A stretch of DNA of 63,803 nt, the filler included, from Octopus bimaculoides (Eukaryota): the NCBI RefSeq assembly GCF_001194135.2. It is 5 parts of 5 records of this genome, joined end to end, with 100 filler letters (N's around TTAATTAATTAA, not from the genome) between each part and the next. Parts side by side here need not be neighbours in the genome. Positions count along the whole stretch, not along the records: positions 41,670 to 50,984 come from NC_068992.1; positions 51,085 to 61,751 come from NC_069001.1; positions 61,852 to 63,803 come from NW_026423833.1; 2 more parts are not named here. One strand, 5' to 3'. The notes beneath the pieces were generated by a model. That model was not told where the DNA came from. It was given only the letters and a program-made list of their open reading frames with translations, and ran no database searches. The translations under genes and the position numbers were made by a program. This document shows positions 49,804-63,404 of the stretch, piece by piece. Numbering within the stretch: the stretch's first letter is position 1; each line of letters opens with the position of its first letter.

Positions 49804-50927
49804 NNNNNNNNNNNNNNNNNNNNNNNNNNNNNNNNNNNNNNNNNNNNNNNNNNNNNNNNNNNNNNNNNNNNNNNNNNNNNNNNNNNNNNNNNNNNNNNNN
49901 NNNNNNNNNNNNNNNNNNNNNNNNNNNNNNNNNNNNNNNNNNNNNNNNNNNNNNNNNNNNNNNNNNNNNNNNNNNNNNNNNNNNNNNNNNNNNNNNNNNN
50001 NNNNNNNNNNNNNNNNNNNNNNNNNNNNNNNNNNNNNNNNNNNNNNNNNNNNNNNNNNNNNNNNNNNNNNNNNNNNNNNNNNNNNNNNNNNNNNNNNNNC
50101 TATGCATAGATATGTTCATTTTACATCTTTTTCTGAGAATATATATATATATATATATATCATTCACTTTCTAAGTATTTTCTCATTCCTTTCTGTTGAA
50201 GAACGTAAGAATCCTTTTCATTTTCCCGAGCGTCAAACTACAACACATGCTTGTTGTTCATATACCTGTCTTCGTCTTTTGTTTTTCTATAAATTTCAAT
50301 TATATGTATCTTTATACAAGAGAAATATTCGTCTCATCCAAGAATGCCACATTTTGCTGGCAAATAGTCTTTACTTTAAAGTACTATTACTGAGAGATTT
50401 AGAAATAGTAATGTTTCTATTTATTAGATCAGTAACTGTGTGTCACTTGGAAAAATTATATATTTTCAAACGAGATTTCAGCAGCGCCGTCCAGTCGAAG
50501 ATCTACTCTGTTCTGAGAAAGTGCAATAATCCAGAAACTAGTGCTGGATGGAAGTGCTGAAGTCCCTTGGTTTACTTCTTCTAATTTACTAAATGCATTC
50601 TAAGTGTTTTTTTATACCGTTGTATTACGACAGAATAGGAATATATATATATGTATGTAGAAATAATTGAGATTTAGTCGAATTAGATACTCAAGCTGAA
50701 GTACCAAGTCAGTCCGATATTATCCGCACAGCCCGAAGTAAGATGGCACTGCATTTAAATTAATGTAATGATTGCATTGTTCAATTAAATGGAGACGCTT
50801 GAAACGGTTGTACTGCATCACCACTTGATATACTGTTGCTTATTTTGATTTTATTCAGCTTACTTTGGACTGCATGTGTATGTATATACATATACATACA
50901 TACACACATATACATGCACACACACAT

Positions 50928-50984
<57 letters not shown>

Positions 50985-52019
50985 NNNNNNNNNNNNNNNN
51001 NNNNNNNNNNNNNNNNNNNNNNNNNNNNTTAATTAATTAANNNNNNNNNNNNNNNNNNNNNNNNNNNNNNNNNNNNNNNNNNNNTTATAAACGTCTTTAA
51101 GAGATAAAATTGTTTTTATTAAATAAAATTCATTTTGATATCTAAAACATTTTAACGAATAAAAGTCATTTCGATAAATAAAACTCACTGGAATAAATGT
51201 AATCGATTTTAATAAATGTAACTTGTTTTAATAAATGATAAAAAAAAAAAGTTGAGCGACTTCATTTTAATAGATATTATTTATTGTAATCAATAAAATT
51301 TATTTAATAACCAGAAAAGCCCATTCTATAACCCCTTCCCAACTCTCCCTGTCTCTGTATCTCTGTTTCTCTGAAGGTTACAACCGAATATGAAGTTTGT
51401 CACTATGTTCGGGTGTTGCGTTTGAACTACGGAAGGAAATAGGGGAAATAATTGAAATTTCTAGTTTGAGGTCCTTAATCGTCAAGCTTGATTTTGCCTG
51501 TCCAAAGCATTTAATAAGTATGTCCTAAACGACCGTGGTTGTTTTCAGACTTCGTAACTGTGTTGGTTGAAAGCAAAAACCGAGAATGTGTATTGTATAA
51601 GATGCATGGACGCCTGGGGAAAATGTCCTGTGCAATACGCGTGATGTACAGGACAGGGAAAGGGTTAACTATGGAAGGAAATCGGAAATATAACGAAGGT
51701 TTTAAACATAGAGAACTAACTTGGAGGGTTACTAAAAAATTAACAGTTATGGAAAGCAATCGGCGACACAATAAAGATATTAATGAAATGAAACCATTTA
51801 ATGAGATGAACCAATTTCGACGTTGTGAGACAAGCTAAACTAAGGAAGAACATCGGGGACATAATGAACAATTTTTAACAATGAATCAATTTCGTATGCT
51901 GATGCCTTCAAGAAGGATAAGTATGGAAGAAAATTGACGACATAATTGAAATGTTTAACATTATGCAGCAATGTTATGTAGATCAATAAGTTTACGTATC
52001 GCGAGAGAGAGAAAGAGAA

Positions 52020-53844
52020 AAGTGAAAGAGAGGGATAGGTAATTAGATGTATCGATACGGATATAGGTAGGTCGGTCGGTTGGTAGGTAGGTAGGTAGGT
52101 AGGTAGGTAGGTAGGTCGGTCGTTGTTAGGTAGGTAGGTAGTGTTGCGTTTCACATACGCAATATAGTTAGTAGAAATGCAAGTGCCTGATATCCCCGCA
52201 ATTAGTAAGCAAAAACTCCATCTAACAACAACCATGGGAGATAACTCCAATAAAGCCAGCCACACATGAAATTTGTGAAAAGTTAAAATAATGAAAAGTG
52301 GAGGAGCGTTTTGTTGATAATCATTTGTTGATGAATTAATTAAGCAGATAAAATGGTAGATAGGTGGGCGGGTAGGTAAATAGGGAGGGGGATATCTACC
52401 TATCTCCCTACGTACCTATACACCTTCATACACGTAGCTGGGTAAGAATGTGTGGGTGCATATATATATGCGTGTAGTGTGTATGTATATGTGTATGTAT
52501 ATATGCATTTATGTGTGCGGATGTATGTTCACGTGTCTGTATGTATGTATGTATGTATGTATGTATGTGTGTATGTATGTATGTATGTATGTGTGTGTGT
52601 ATGTGTGTATGTATGTGTGAATGTGTGTGTCTGCATGTATGTTAAAATGTATGTATGTGTGTATATGTATATGTGTGTGTGTATGTAAGTATATATGTAT
52701 GTATGTGTGAACGTATGTATGTGCGTATGTGTATGTATGTATAGCATACCTGTCTGTATTATGTATGTACGCATGTATGCGTATATGTATGAGTACATAT
52801 ATGTACATCTCTCTATATTTCTGTGAGTATGTATGTTGGTAGGTTGGTAGGTAGGTAGGTAGGTAGGTAGGTAGGTAGAAGAATTATGTAGGTAAGCAGG
52901 TGGGCAATTAGGTGGGTGGGTAACTAGGTATATGGGTAGGTAGGTATATAGTTACTGTATGAGAACAATACGGTGTGTGAACAGCCTAGAGCGGTACAGG
53001 TTGATGGTGGTGTTGGTGGTGGAGGGGATGGAGGTGGTGGTGGTGACAGAAGTGATGGAAGTTAACCCCACAACCCACTACCACCATCACCGCTGCTATC
53101 ATGATCGTCATCCCCCACCTCCACCACACCACAAGCACCAGTAGCAGCAGCAACAGCAGCAGCAGCAGCAGCAGCACCACCACCACCACCACCACCACCG
53201 AAACTCCCTTATAAACACCATATTGTCTCCACCCCTCCTCCAATCCACCCTAATTCCAACAGTTTCTCTGTAAAACGAAAATCAATTTCAGTGAACAGCA
53301 GGTTGTTACACATGACAATGCACACACACACACATACATACCCACACACATACAGAGAGACATACATATATGTATATATATATGTATATATATATATTTA
53401 TATATATACTTATATATATATGTATATATATATATACATATATACACGAACACATACAAACACATATATATATATATATGCAAACACATACATATATACA
53501 CACATACACGAACACACACATATATACACACGAACACACGTCCATATATATATATATATACGTACATGAAAACATACGCACGTACATATACACATAAAAA
53601 TATTATACACTTACCACCAACTCAAACACAACCATACATGCATTCACACACACTCACGCACATATATACACATGTACTGACATACGCTAGCACGCATTCA
53701 ATTGTATGCTTATGTTTACACAGAAAACTCATATATATATATATATATATATATACTTGCACACACACACATACATAGGTGCACACATAATACATATATG
53801 ATCATCTATAGACACACTTACATACACAAGTGTATGTATATATG

Positions 53845-53886
<42 letters not shown>

Positions 53887-54133
53887 CAAACGTACATATG
53901 TAGCTACACGCATTCATAGGTATATACATGCATAGACATAATTATATAATACACACACATGTATATACGCATATATTTGTACATACATACTTTCATATAT
54001 ATTTATTAATGCCTTCAGATATGAATATATACACGCATACATACATTCCTACACATTCCGTATACATACACATGTCTACATGATACATACATAGACGCAT
54101 CACCTATATACATATACCCACTATACACACATA

Positions 54134-54172
<39 letters not shown>

Positions 54173-54537
54173 GTATATATATATATATATACATCCATAT
54201 AATACATATATATGCATAAATATAAATGCATATACACAATCATAGCTACACATTCATCCATGGAAGCATATAAATGCACACATTCATACATACATTTATA
54301 AACATACATGCACATATACATATATAATACATTTATACATACTTACGCATACACATTTACCTGTATACCTACAGAAATACATACATACGTACACACATAC
54401 CCGCATACATATAGAAATACATACACGCGTACACACACATACATACTTTCACATATTCATATAAATACGCACATACGTTCATACTTACATATCTGCACAC
54501 AGACATACACACATACGCACACATGCTCGCGAGCGCG

Positions 54538-54620
<83 letters not shown>

Positions 54621-54850
54621 GAAGTAAATTCTCTTCAAGAGCGAACTCGTTGTGTCGTTCTTGTGATAGGGAAAATGAAAAAGAGAAGAAGAAGAAGAAG
54701 AAGAAGAAGAAGAAGAAGAAGAAGAAGAAGAAGGAAAATAATAATAATAAGAAGGAGGAGGAGGAGAAGGAGAAGAAGAAGAAGAAGAAGAAGAAGAAGG
54801 AGAAGAAGAAGAAGAAGAAGAAGAAGAGGAGGAGGAGGAGGAGAAAAGAA
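52020..54850. repeat. 2.8-kb field of degenerate simple repeats: (TAGG)n, (TATG)n, (CAC)/(CAG)n, (TA)/(CA)n, (GAA)n/(GAG)n
   Basis: Direct inspection. Confidence 0.95.
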
Positions 54851-56462
54851 TATGGAGGCTGTTTTCTAAACTGTGTTCAATCAGAAAGACCTCTTGTCTC
54901 ATTCACAAATTTAATTGGTAAATTCTAGATACGATCAAAAGTATCATTTAAACACAATTTCACAACATCAATGAAAACATGCACAACACACAAACAAGCA
55001 AACAAACGAAGGAACAAGCTAAGAAAAAAAAAAAGGTAAAGAGAATGAAAAAAAAAAGATAAATAAGAAATAAAAGAGGAGTAAATATAAATATAAACGA
55101 AACGAAATGTAGAACAATGGCGGATCTTGACAACGACGTTAGAGAAAGGCAGTTGCCAAAAATAGATCGTACACGCTGTCAAATAACGATAAAAGCAACA
55201 GTAGCAACAACAGGAACAATAGTGACAACAACAACAACAACATCAACAACAGCAATAAAAGAGGTCTTCAGTAAAATAAAATAAAATTTCAAATTGATAA
55301 TGATTCCGTCAAGTGCCTTTATACTCTGCAAGTTTTCGTTGCCATTTGCAATTGTTTTCGTACTTGCACTAATAAAGTCTGCAGTTTAACAACACCAGCA
55401 GCTGCTTCTGTTACTCTACATCATTCTGCAGTAACTGCATTATCGTTGCAGATGTGAATGTGTGTGCCGAGTGCTCTTAAATATGCATCCTAAGTTTTGC
55501 ATCTGTACTTTGAGTCAAAATTTTTGTGTCACACAAAACAACGACCGTGCATTTAAGTATTTAAAAGATGTTTCCATCGAAACAATGCTTACTGAACGAG
55601 TGTATATGCATGCAGCTGTATGTATGTCTATATACATACATACATACGTACATACATGCATACACACACATATATGTATTGTTTATGTGTTTTTTATTAT
55701 CTTACTGTTTAAATGTTTATCAATTTATCTATCTTTTTCATTCTAACACATTTACGTATTATAAGCACACACACACACACATGCATACATTCATGTATGT
55801 CATTGTTCAGTTTTATTTCAAGATTTCTTGTTAGAAGAGAAAAAGCCGGATTCGAACCTAGACCCAAGACTCCTTCATTGGAATTTCAACATCAACAACA
55901 GGGTATTTTTGTATGCATTTATGTATGGATATGTATGTGCAGATTTGTATGTTTTATGTATGTATTCTCATGCATATAGCTGAATATCGAGACATGCTCA
56001 TATATATTTAAACGATAAACTTATGGAAAGTTTTACAGATTTTTACAGTTCCAGTGATTGGATCTGTAGTCTTCGAATCAACCCTCTCCTTTCTGGTTTT
56101 GAGAAGCCTAATTTCTCAAGATTGGTATTGAGACAGTGTGTTACACATCCCAGAGTCCCAATCTATGTATGTATGTATGTATGTATGTATGTATGTATGT
56201 ATGTATGTATGTATGTGTGTGTATCTGTGTCCCAACAAACCACCAATGCCTAAGCATGCATCGGAGTGATTGGCCACACCCGAACACACTGTGCCCCGTC
56301 ATCTCCCATGTGATATCCTTGGTCATCGTCGATAACGACGGACGAACTAATAATAATAATAATAATAAATGCTTGTGTGCGTCTGCCTATATCTAAGCTA
56401 TTGATCTGTCTTCTATCTTTCTGTTTGTCCGTCTGTCGCTGTATATATATATNNNNNNNNNN

Positions 56463-56515
<53 letters not shown>

Positions 56516-56747
56516 AGAAACCCTTCAACCTAAAAACAACTGCACCGCCGGTGAAGCGAATAGAATTACCTTCGCTATAAATACAACCTATTACTGTATT
56601 CAGTAGGTAATTGTAAGCAAGGCTTCCCTGTAGCAGACGATACTAAAGGCTAAATTTCCATTGAACAGCGATTCTTCATTGCGAGTCTTTAAGGCTTTTC
56701 ATGTTTCCTTATTTCGGCTTCTGCGTTTTTCAATCGATCGAGAAATA

Positions 56748-56803
56748 ATGCGAGAGACTACAACATTACAACTATTCATCTTTTGGTTGGCAGCCATTGA
56801 AAG
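56748..56803 (+). other. Candidate signal-peptide-like first exon MRETTTLQLFIFWLAAIE + phase-2 donor
   Basis: ATG at 56748, hydrophobic LQLFIFWLAAI, donor AG|gtaaat, and TATAAAT near 56577. No downstream exon identified. Confidence 0.2.
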
Positions 56804-57345
56804 GTAAATGTAATGTGTGTATCTGTAGGTGAGTGTATGCATGTGCTTAGGTGTGGGGAAGAAGTGTATGTATGTGTGTGTGTGTGTGTATTCAACAGTT
56901 GTATGCATTATTCTCTTTAATCAGAACATTCAGAGGTGCAAGTCTCTCGTTTCTTCCTTCTCCTCTCCCTTCCTTTCTCTCTCCTTCTGTCTGTCTGTTT
57001 GTCTGTCTAGGTATGTATGTATGTATGAATGTATGTATGTATGTATGAATGTATATATGTATGAATGTATGTATGTATGAATGTAAATATGTATGTATGT
57101 ATGTATGTATGAATGTATGTATGTATATATCTATCTACCTAGCTAAATATTCATACATATACAGGTGTGATTTTTACATATGTACACACACACACACACA
57201 CACATACACACACACACACAGAGAAAGCTAGATTACATAAATACACACACATGCATATATGTGTGTGTCGAGGTATGTTTGTATGCTTAAAAAGTTCGTT
57301 TCTCAAATACGTAGTTTGAAGTAAAGATTATTTGCCAACATAACA

Positions 57346-57638
57346 TGGCAGTCCTAGTTTAGGACGAATGTTGCTGTAATTTATCCCCAGGAGACATCGT
57401 CTCCAGCTGGCTATACGACACGATATGTGCCCCTTATATTTTCAAACCCCAACTCAGCTCAGAACAATATCTGTATATCCCGGAAATCGTGATACACAGA
57501 TACTGTTTCGAGCTGAGTGGGGGTGCTAGATTCCCTTGTTCAAAATTATAACGACACAGATCGTGTCGTATAGACAGCTGGAGACGATGTCTCCTTGAGC
57601 TAAATTACAGCAACATTCATCCTAAGCCAGGGCTGCCA
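57346..57638. mobile_element. 293-bp foldback/MITE-like element with long imperfect inverted repeats
   Basis: Outer arms of ~84 bp and inner arms of ~35 bp are reverse-complementary; central loop ~9 nt. Confidence 0.85.
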
Positions 57639-57639
57639 G

Positions 57640-57835
57640 AATATGAAGTGGTCTTGCTACAGCTGCTATGCTTTTCTTTAGGAAGGTTGTTGGGGATCCA
57701 TCAGGGCCTGTGGCTGAATTTGAGTTCATTTCATCAATGGCTGATACCACATCAGTTTCCTTCATTTTGCTGCTATCAATAATTGCCATTTCGTTGTGTA
57801 GAGTTATGGTGTCAAAGAACTCACCAGGCAACAGC
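57640..57835 (-). mobile_element. CR1/L2/Jockey-type LINE fragment (pre-RT region)
   Basis: DVVSAIDEMNSNSATGPDGSPTTFLKKSIAAVARPLHIL fits the GPDG.P...LK...LA.PL..L motif. Confidence 0.75.
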
Positions 57836-58706
57836 TACTTGCAATTGACCCAAAAGGAGTGGTGAAGACGCTCTTGCAGTGCATTTTCAGCGTTTCACTG
57901 ATCCTATAAATTTAAGTCAATGGCAAAATAAATTTTATCATAGCATATTCCTCTCGTTATTTATGATTTCATACACACACACACACACACCCACACCCAA
58001 TATATANNNNNNNNNNNNNNNNNNNNNNNNNNNNNNNNNNNNNNNNNNNNNNNNNNNNNNNNNNNNNNNNNNNNNNNNNNNNNNNNNNNNNNNNNNNNNN
58101 NNNNNNNNNNNNNNNNNNNNNNNNNNNNNNNNNNNNNNNNNNNNNNNNNNNNNNNNNNNNNNNNNNNNNNNNNNNNNNNNNNNNNNNNNNNNNNNNNNNN
58201 NNNNNNNNNNNNNNNNNNNNNNNNNNNNNNNNNNNNNNNNNNNNNNNNNNNNNNNNNNNNNNNNNNNNNNNNNNNNNNNNNNNNNNNNNNNNNNNNNNNN
58301 NNNNNNNNNNNNNNNNNNNNNNNNNNNNNNNNNNNNNNNNNNNNNNNNNNNNNNNNNNNNNNNNNNNNNNNNNNNNNNNNNNNNNNNNNNNNNNNNNNNN
58401 NNNNNNNNNNNNNNNNNNNNNNNNNNNNNNNNNNNNNNNNNNNNNNNNNNNNNNNNNNNNNNNNNNNNNNNNNNNNNNNNNNNNNNNNNNNNNNNNNNNN
58501 NNNNNNNNNNNNNNNNNNNNNNNNNNNNNNNNNNNNNNNNNNNNNNNNNNNNNNNNNNNNNNNNNNNNNNNNNNNNNNNNNNNNNNNNNNNNNNNNNNNN
58601 NNNNNNNNNNNNNNNNNNNNNNNNNNNNNNNNNNNNNNNNNNNNNNNNNNNNNNNNNNNNNNNNNNNNNNNNNNNNNNNNNNNNNNNNNNNNNNNNNNNN
58701 NNNNNN

Positions 58707-58769
<63 letters not shown>

Positions 58770-59367
58770 CATATAAATACAGACACACACACACACACAC
58801 ATATACATATATCTATATATATATATATGATTATATATATACATAGCACTAGAGATATATTTATGGCTATATAATTAGAAATGCTTGTAGTTGGTTGTGA
58901 ATTTATGTCTTTCTTCATTTCTTAAAGGTTTGTCAGTGAGAACATAAAAAAAAGTCAACAAAATAATCGATGAAATATATACAAAAGCAAGGAAGGTTGC
59001 CATAAAAATAATGAAGAAATACACAAAATATGTTAGAAATTCGATAATAATATTGTTACCGTATGTAAAAACTATATGTCCATGTAATACAAATACATAC
59101 ATATATGTATAAATACGTACATATATATAGGTATATATATATATTTATATACATACATATATATNNNNNNNNNNNNNNNNNNNNNNNNNNNNNNNNNNNN
59201 NNNNNNNNNNNNNNNNNNNNNNNNNNNNNNNNNNNNNNNNNNNNNNNNNNNNNNNNNNNNNNNNNNNNNNNNNNNNNNNNNNNNNNNNNNNNNNNNNNNN
59301 NNNNNNNNNNNNNNNNNNNNNNNNNNNNNNNNNNNNNNNNNNNNNNNNNNNNNNNNNNNNNNNNNNN

Positions 59368-59405
<38 letters not shown>

Positions 59406-59850
59406 GAAAGAATGAAAGGCAAAAAAGTAGTAAAAGAAATATAGGAAGAGAAAAGCAATCGCCATGTTGGCAGCCATATTGACATAACAATATTGTTGGA
59501 GGGTGGAAAATTAGCTACATTTTTTTTTCATATGGAAACAATTGAAAATTTGTCTGAGACCATATCAATATAGAGTTTACAAGTGTCTCTGTCTGTATAC
59601 ACGCTCACACACACACACACACACACGCATATGCAACCACATACACGTACGCACATGCATACAGTCATGTATATGTACACTTGAATGTATGTATGTATAC
59701 ATGCATGCGTGTATATGTATGTGATATGTATATATACATATGTACATCTATCTATCTATCTATCTATCTATTTATCTATCTGTCTGTCTGTCTGTCTGTC
59801 TATCTATGTATCTGTCTATATATCTATGAATCTATCTATCTATCTATGAA

Positions 59851-59915
<65 letters not shown>

Positions 59916-60148
59916 NNNNNNNNNNNNNNNNNNNNNNNNNNNNNNNNNNNNNNNNNNNNNNNNNNNNNNNNNNNNNNNNNNNNNNNNNNNNNNNNNNNNN
60001 NNNNNNNNNNNNNNNNNNNNNNNNNNNNNNNNNNNNNNNNNNNNNNNNNNNNNNNNNNNNNNNNNNNNNNNNNNNNNNNNNNNNNNNNNNNNNNNNNNNN
60101 NNNNNNNNNNNNNNNNNNNNNNNNNNNNNNNNNNNNNNNNNNNNNNNN

Positions 60149-60203
<55 letters not shown>

Positions 60204-60249
60204 ATCATACACACATATATATATATATATTTATACATATGCAAACCAG

Positions 60250-60530
60250 TATTCTTTCCAGCGCATCGACAAAAGTTAAGCCACTAAGCTGGCTAGCCAC
60301 GTATGAAGTTTGAAGACCAACTGTACACCATATGCCGTAAAGTGGAGAATCATGGAGAAATCCATGTCATATGTAAATGGATCTAAGTAATACAACTTAT
60401 GTATAGCTGAAAAATCGCACATTCTTTTCAGATCTAAGAATTCCATCATCCTACTTAATTCCAGATCCGAAATTTTCAGCAAATGCAAGCATATGGACAA
60501 ATTTCTTTCGACAGTTGTCTCGTAGACTTT
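60250..60530 (+). mobile_element. Penelope GIY-YIG endonuclease C-terminal fragment
   Basis: VKWRIMEKSMSYVNGSK*YNLCIAEKSHIL...LLNSRSEIFSKCKHMDKF. Confidence 0.75.
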
Positions 60531-61956
60531 GCTTCCCGTCTCTGTTGAACTATTTTACAACTAATAGTTTAATTATGACTTCTACAGATAGACTTGTAAG
60601 AAGTGTTATTATCTCTGCTGTTGTTTTAATCAATAAGTCTGGCCTGGCTAGACATACCAAGGAGTAAAAACACTCCATGCCCGATTAGCTCCTCTGTCTT
60701 AAAGATATAGCCATTAATTTATCATTTAATGTGTCACTTTAATTATAGTATATGATACAGTTTGAATTTGAGGGATAATTGGAGGTTATTTCTAGCAGGG
60801 CCAACAGCTACAGGGTCTCCCCTCATTAGCAATATTGTCTGTTAGTCTTTGTGAGTATGTATGGGTTACGCAAAATAAGAAAGTAAGAAAATGTTGCACT
60901 ACAGTTATCACAATGATAGTCTTTTGCGCCCTCTAGTGTCGGTATATTCACAGGGGAACAACTCACCCACTATTTCAGGAAATATTTCCCTACAGAGTGC
61001 GCTGTTGCAATATTTCTTTGTTATGAGCAAAAAAAAAATTTTTTTTTGATTTACTTGGTAACTTTTTGCATATATATATACGTGGGTACATGCATGCGTA
61101 CATACATTTACATACTTAAATAGATAGATACATACATATACATGTATGTATGTATGTATGTATGTATGTATGTATGTATGTATGTATGTATGCATCTATG
61201 CATGTATATGTATATTATATATATATATATATAAACACACGTAGGTAAGTATTTATATGTGCTGAGTGTGTGGTGTACATGCATATACACACGCGTACAG
61301 GTACACATGTGTAAATATACTGTATACATATGCGTGCAAATGTGTGTGTGTGTGTGTATGTGTGTGTATATGTGTGTGTGTGTATATATATATTTGTAGG
61401 AGAGAGAGAGAGAGAAAAAAAGAAAAAGAAAAGAGAGAGATAAGTGAGAGAGGGCAGGAGAGATACAAAAAAAAATGCCTTGTAGCTATGTAGTCAATAG
61501 TGTTCTGTTATTTAATTCAAAAAAATACAAAATGTTGACCTTTAAAATAGTAAGCTGTGTGACACGCCATCCTCGCAATGGGACTGACGCGATTCTATGG
61601 GAAATCAAGTAAAAAGAAAACAGATAACAGAGAGAAACACGTATTTTTGAGGAATATTGCAGAACAACGCAAAATAGCCGGCACACACACATATATGTAA
61701 ACATACATACATACATAATAATACACACACATATATATATATATATATATANNNNNNNNNNNNNNNNNNNNNNNNNNNNNNNNNNNNNNNNNNNNTTAAT
61801 TAATTAANNNNNNNNNNNNNNNNNNNNNNNNNNNNNNNNNNNNNNNNNNNNATAACCAGAGTACAGGAAACACACAGGCCACATAGAGAACATTTTCCTT
61901 CCTCAGCTGCCCCCATTCTAACACAGGCGTTAGAGAGAGAGAGTGAGAGAGAAAAT

Positions 61957-62180
61957 AGGTGCAGGAGTGGCTGTGTGGTAAGTAGCTTGCTTAGCAACCA
62001 CATGGTTCCAGGTTCAGTCCCACTGCGTGGCACCTTGGGCAAGTGTCTTCTACTATAGCCTCGTAACTTAGCAGTTCGGCAAAAGGAGATCGAGAGAATA
62101 AGTGCTAGGCTTACAATGAATAAGTCCTGGTGTTGATTTGTTCTAGCATGACTAGTCAAATGATTGAAACGAAGAAAAGA
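61957..62180 (+). mobile_element. tRNA/CORE-type SINE with the internal microsatellite-bearing segment deleted
   Basis: A-box tggctgtgtgg, B-box ggttcagtcc (62011-62020) and accttgggcaagtgtcttct, then a jump from gcctcg directly to taacttagcagttcggc. Confidence 0.85.
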
Positions 62181-62187
62181 ATATATA

Positions 62188-63400
62188 CAGGGTGCGATGG
62201 GTAAATTGTCATCTAAATTACGCAAAAATTAAATTAACACTGACATCCCATTTTAACAGATGTTTTCCCTAAAATTACATAGAAATATCTTGGAATATTG
62301 TAGCAGAATGGATTGACAAAAGCATAAATGACGAACTATTCACTCTACCTTTTATTTATAGTTGTTGTTTGTACTTGACAGAGAACACTTAGCTATAATG
62401 ATCATGTTTTAACCATTTGCTCTAATTGGTTATTTTTTAGGTGCAATTTGTCCCCTAAACAATTACACCAAATTGCCCAGTCAATCAATCATATGTGCTC
62501 AAATGGATCACATGTTCTCTTGGCGGAAAAATCTTATACACATCTCTGTGGAGCCTAGCAATTTCTTTAAATAGATCATTTTTTCCTCACTTAGGGAGTC
62601 TAGCTTGCATTTGTACCAGAAAGCTATTTGCTCACTTTCTCCATGTTTCGACACAATGAAATTCACCACCACCGATATCGCCACTACCAGCTCTTACTGC
62701 ATCTAATGCTGGCAACGACAACATCATGATTCATTCTTGCATATGTAAACTCCCTAAGTAAATATGACTTATAGTGTTCCCACAGAAACCTTCATTTTCC
62801 TTATACAATGCTTAATGTTGTTTCACAATCATGCTGAATTATGCAGCAATCTTATGTTCTCTTCATAGAACACTTGTAATGTATGTATTACCAGTTCTTT
62901 TGGTATAGCAGATTTCTGCTATTCTTGTATACGTCTCCTCACATACATGTATATTCTAACAAGTCGCTTCTTAAATTTCGCACCTCTCTGGTTCAATAAA
63001 CACAGAGTTAAACTTGCAAGGCTGTTTATTTTCTCCTTTCGATTTTTAATGTTTATTTTAGTGGGTTACCAAACTATCAGTTTGGTCTCCTTGCTAAATA
63101 CCAAAGAGTGAATTTATTCAATATAATCGCCATTTGCTTCAACGACGGCCTCCAGACAACTTCGGAATCTCCTGCAACTCTTCTGGACGGTCTCCTTCTT
63201 TAAGTTGGTGAATGCTGCCACAATCCTTGCCTTCAGTTTATCTTTGGTGTTACAAAGAGTTTTGTTGATCTCTCACTCAACTGTGCGCCACACATAATAA
63301 TCAAGGGGGTTGCAGTCTAGGGAGTTAGGTGGCCAGATGTTAGGGGTGATGTGGTCGCAGAAATTGTCTAACAGCCATGACTGGGATCTGCTTATGAGGT
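62188..63400 (-). mobile_element. maT/DD37D-like transposon: TIR-like end at 62188 and transposase C-terminus at 63055-63400 (linkage of the two uncertain)
   Basis: TA-CAGGGTGCGATGGGTAAATTGTC terminus; minus strand NIWPPNSLDCNPLDYYVW...RFRSCLEAVVEANGDYIE*. Confidence 0.7.
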
Positions 63401-63404
63401 CGAT

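Noticed and set aside
50473-50560. Plus-strand SAVQSKIY...KCNNPETSAGWKC* resembling the AVQSQIL start of the galaxin-like exon
   Set aside because: It would need a phase-2 acceptor with a poor pyrimidine tract, and it lacks the CC pattern. Likely chance.
51539-51838. 99-aa plus-strand ORF behind a cag acceptor
   Set aside because: No motif or family recognised, and no convincing donor.
54308-54928. Poly-Lys/Arg/Glu/Ser ORFs, and the many (HT)n, (CV)n, (YI)n ORFs elsewhere
   Set aside because: Translations of (GAA)n, (CA)n and (TA)n microsatellites.
55290-55460. Cys-rich plus-strand frame KCLYTLQVFVAICNCFRTCTNKVC
   Set aside because: Bounded by an upstream stop with no ATG or acceptor.
61957-62030. 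tRNA gene (A and B boxes present; also at 1-30 and other SINE heads)
   Set aside because: The boxes run into SINE CORE and body sequence, and no cloverleaf or acceptor stem is evident.
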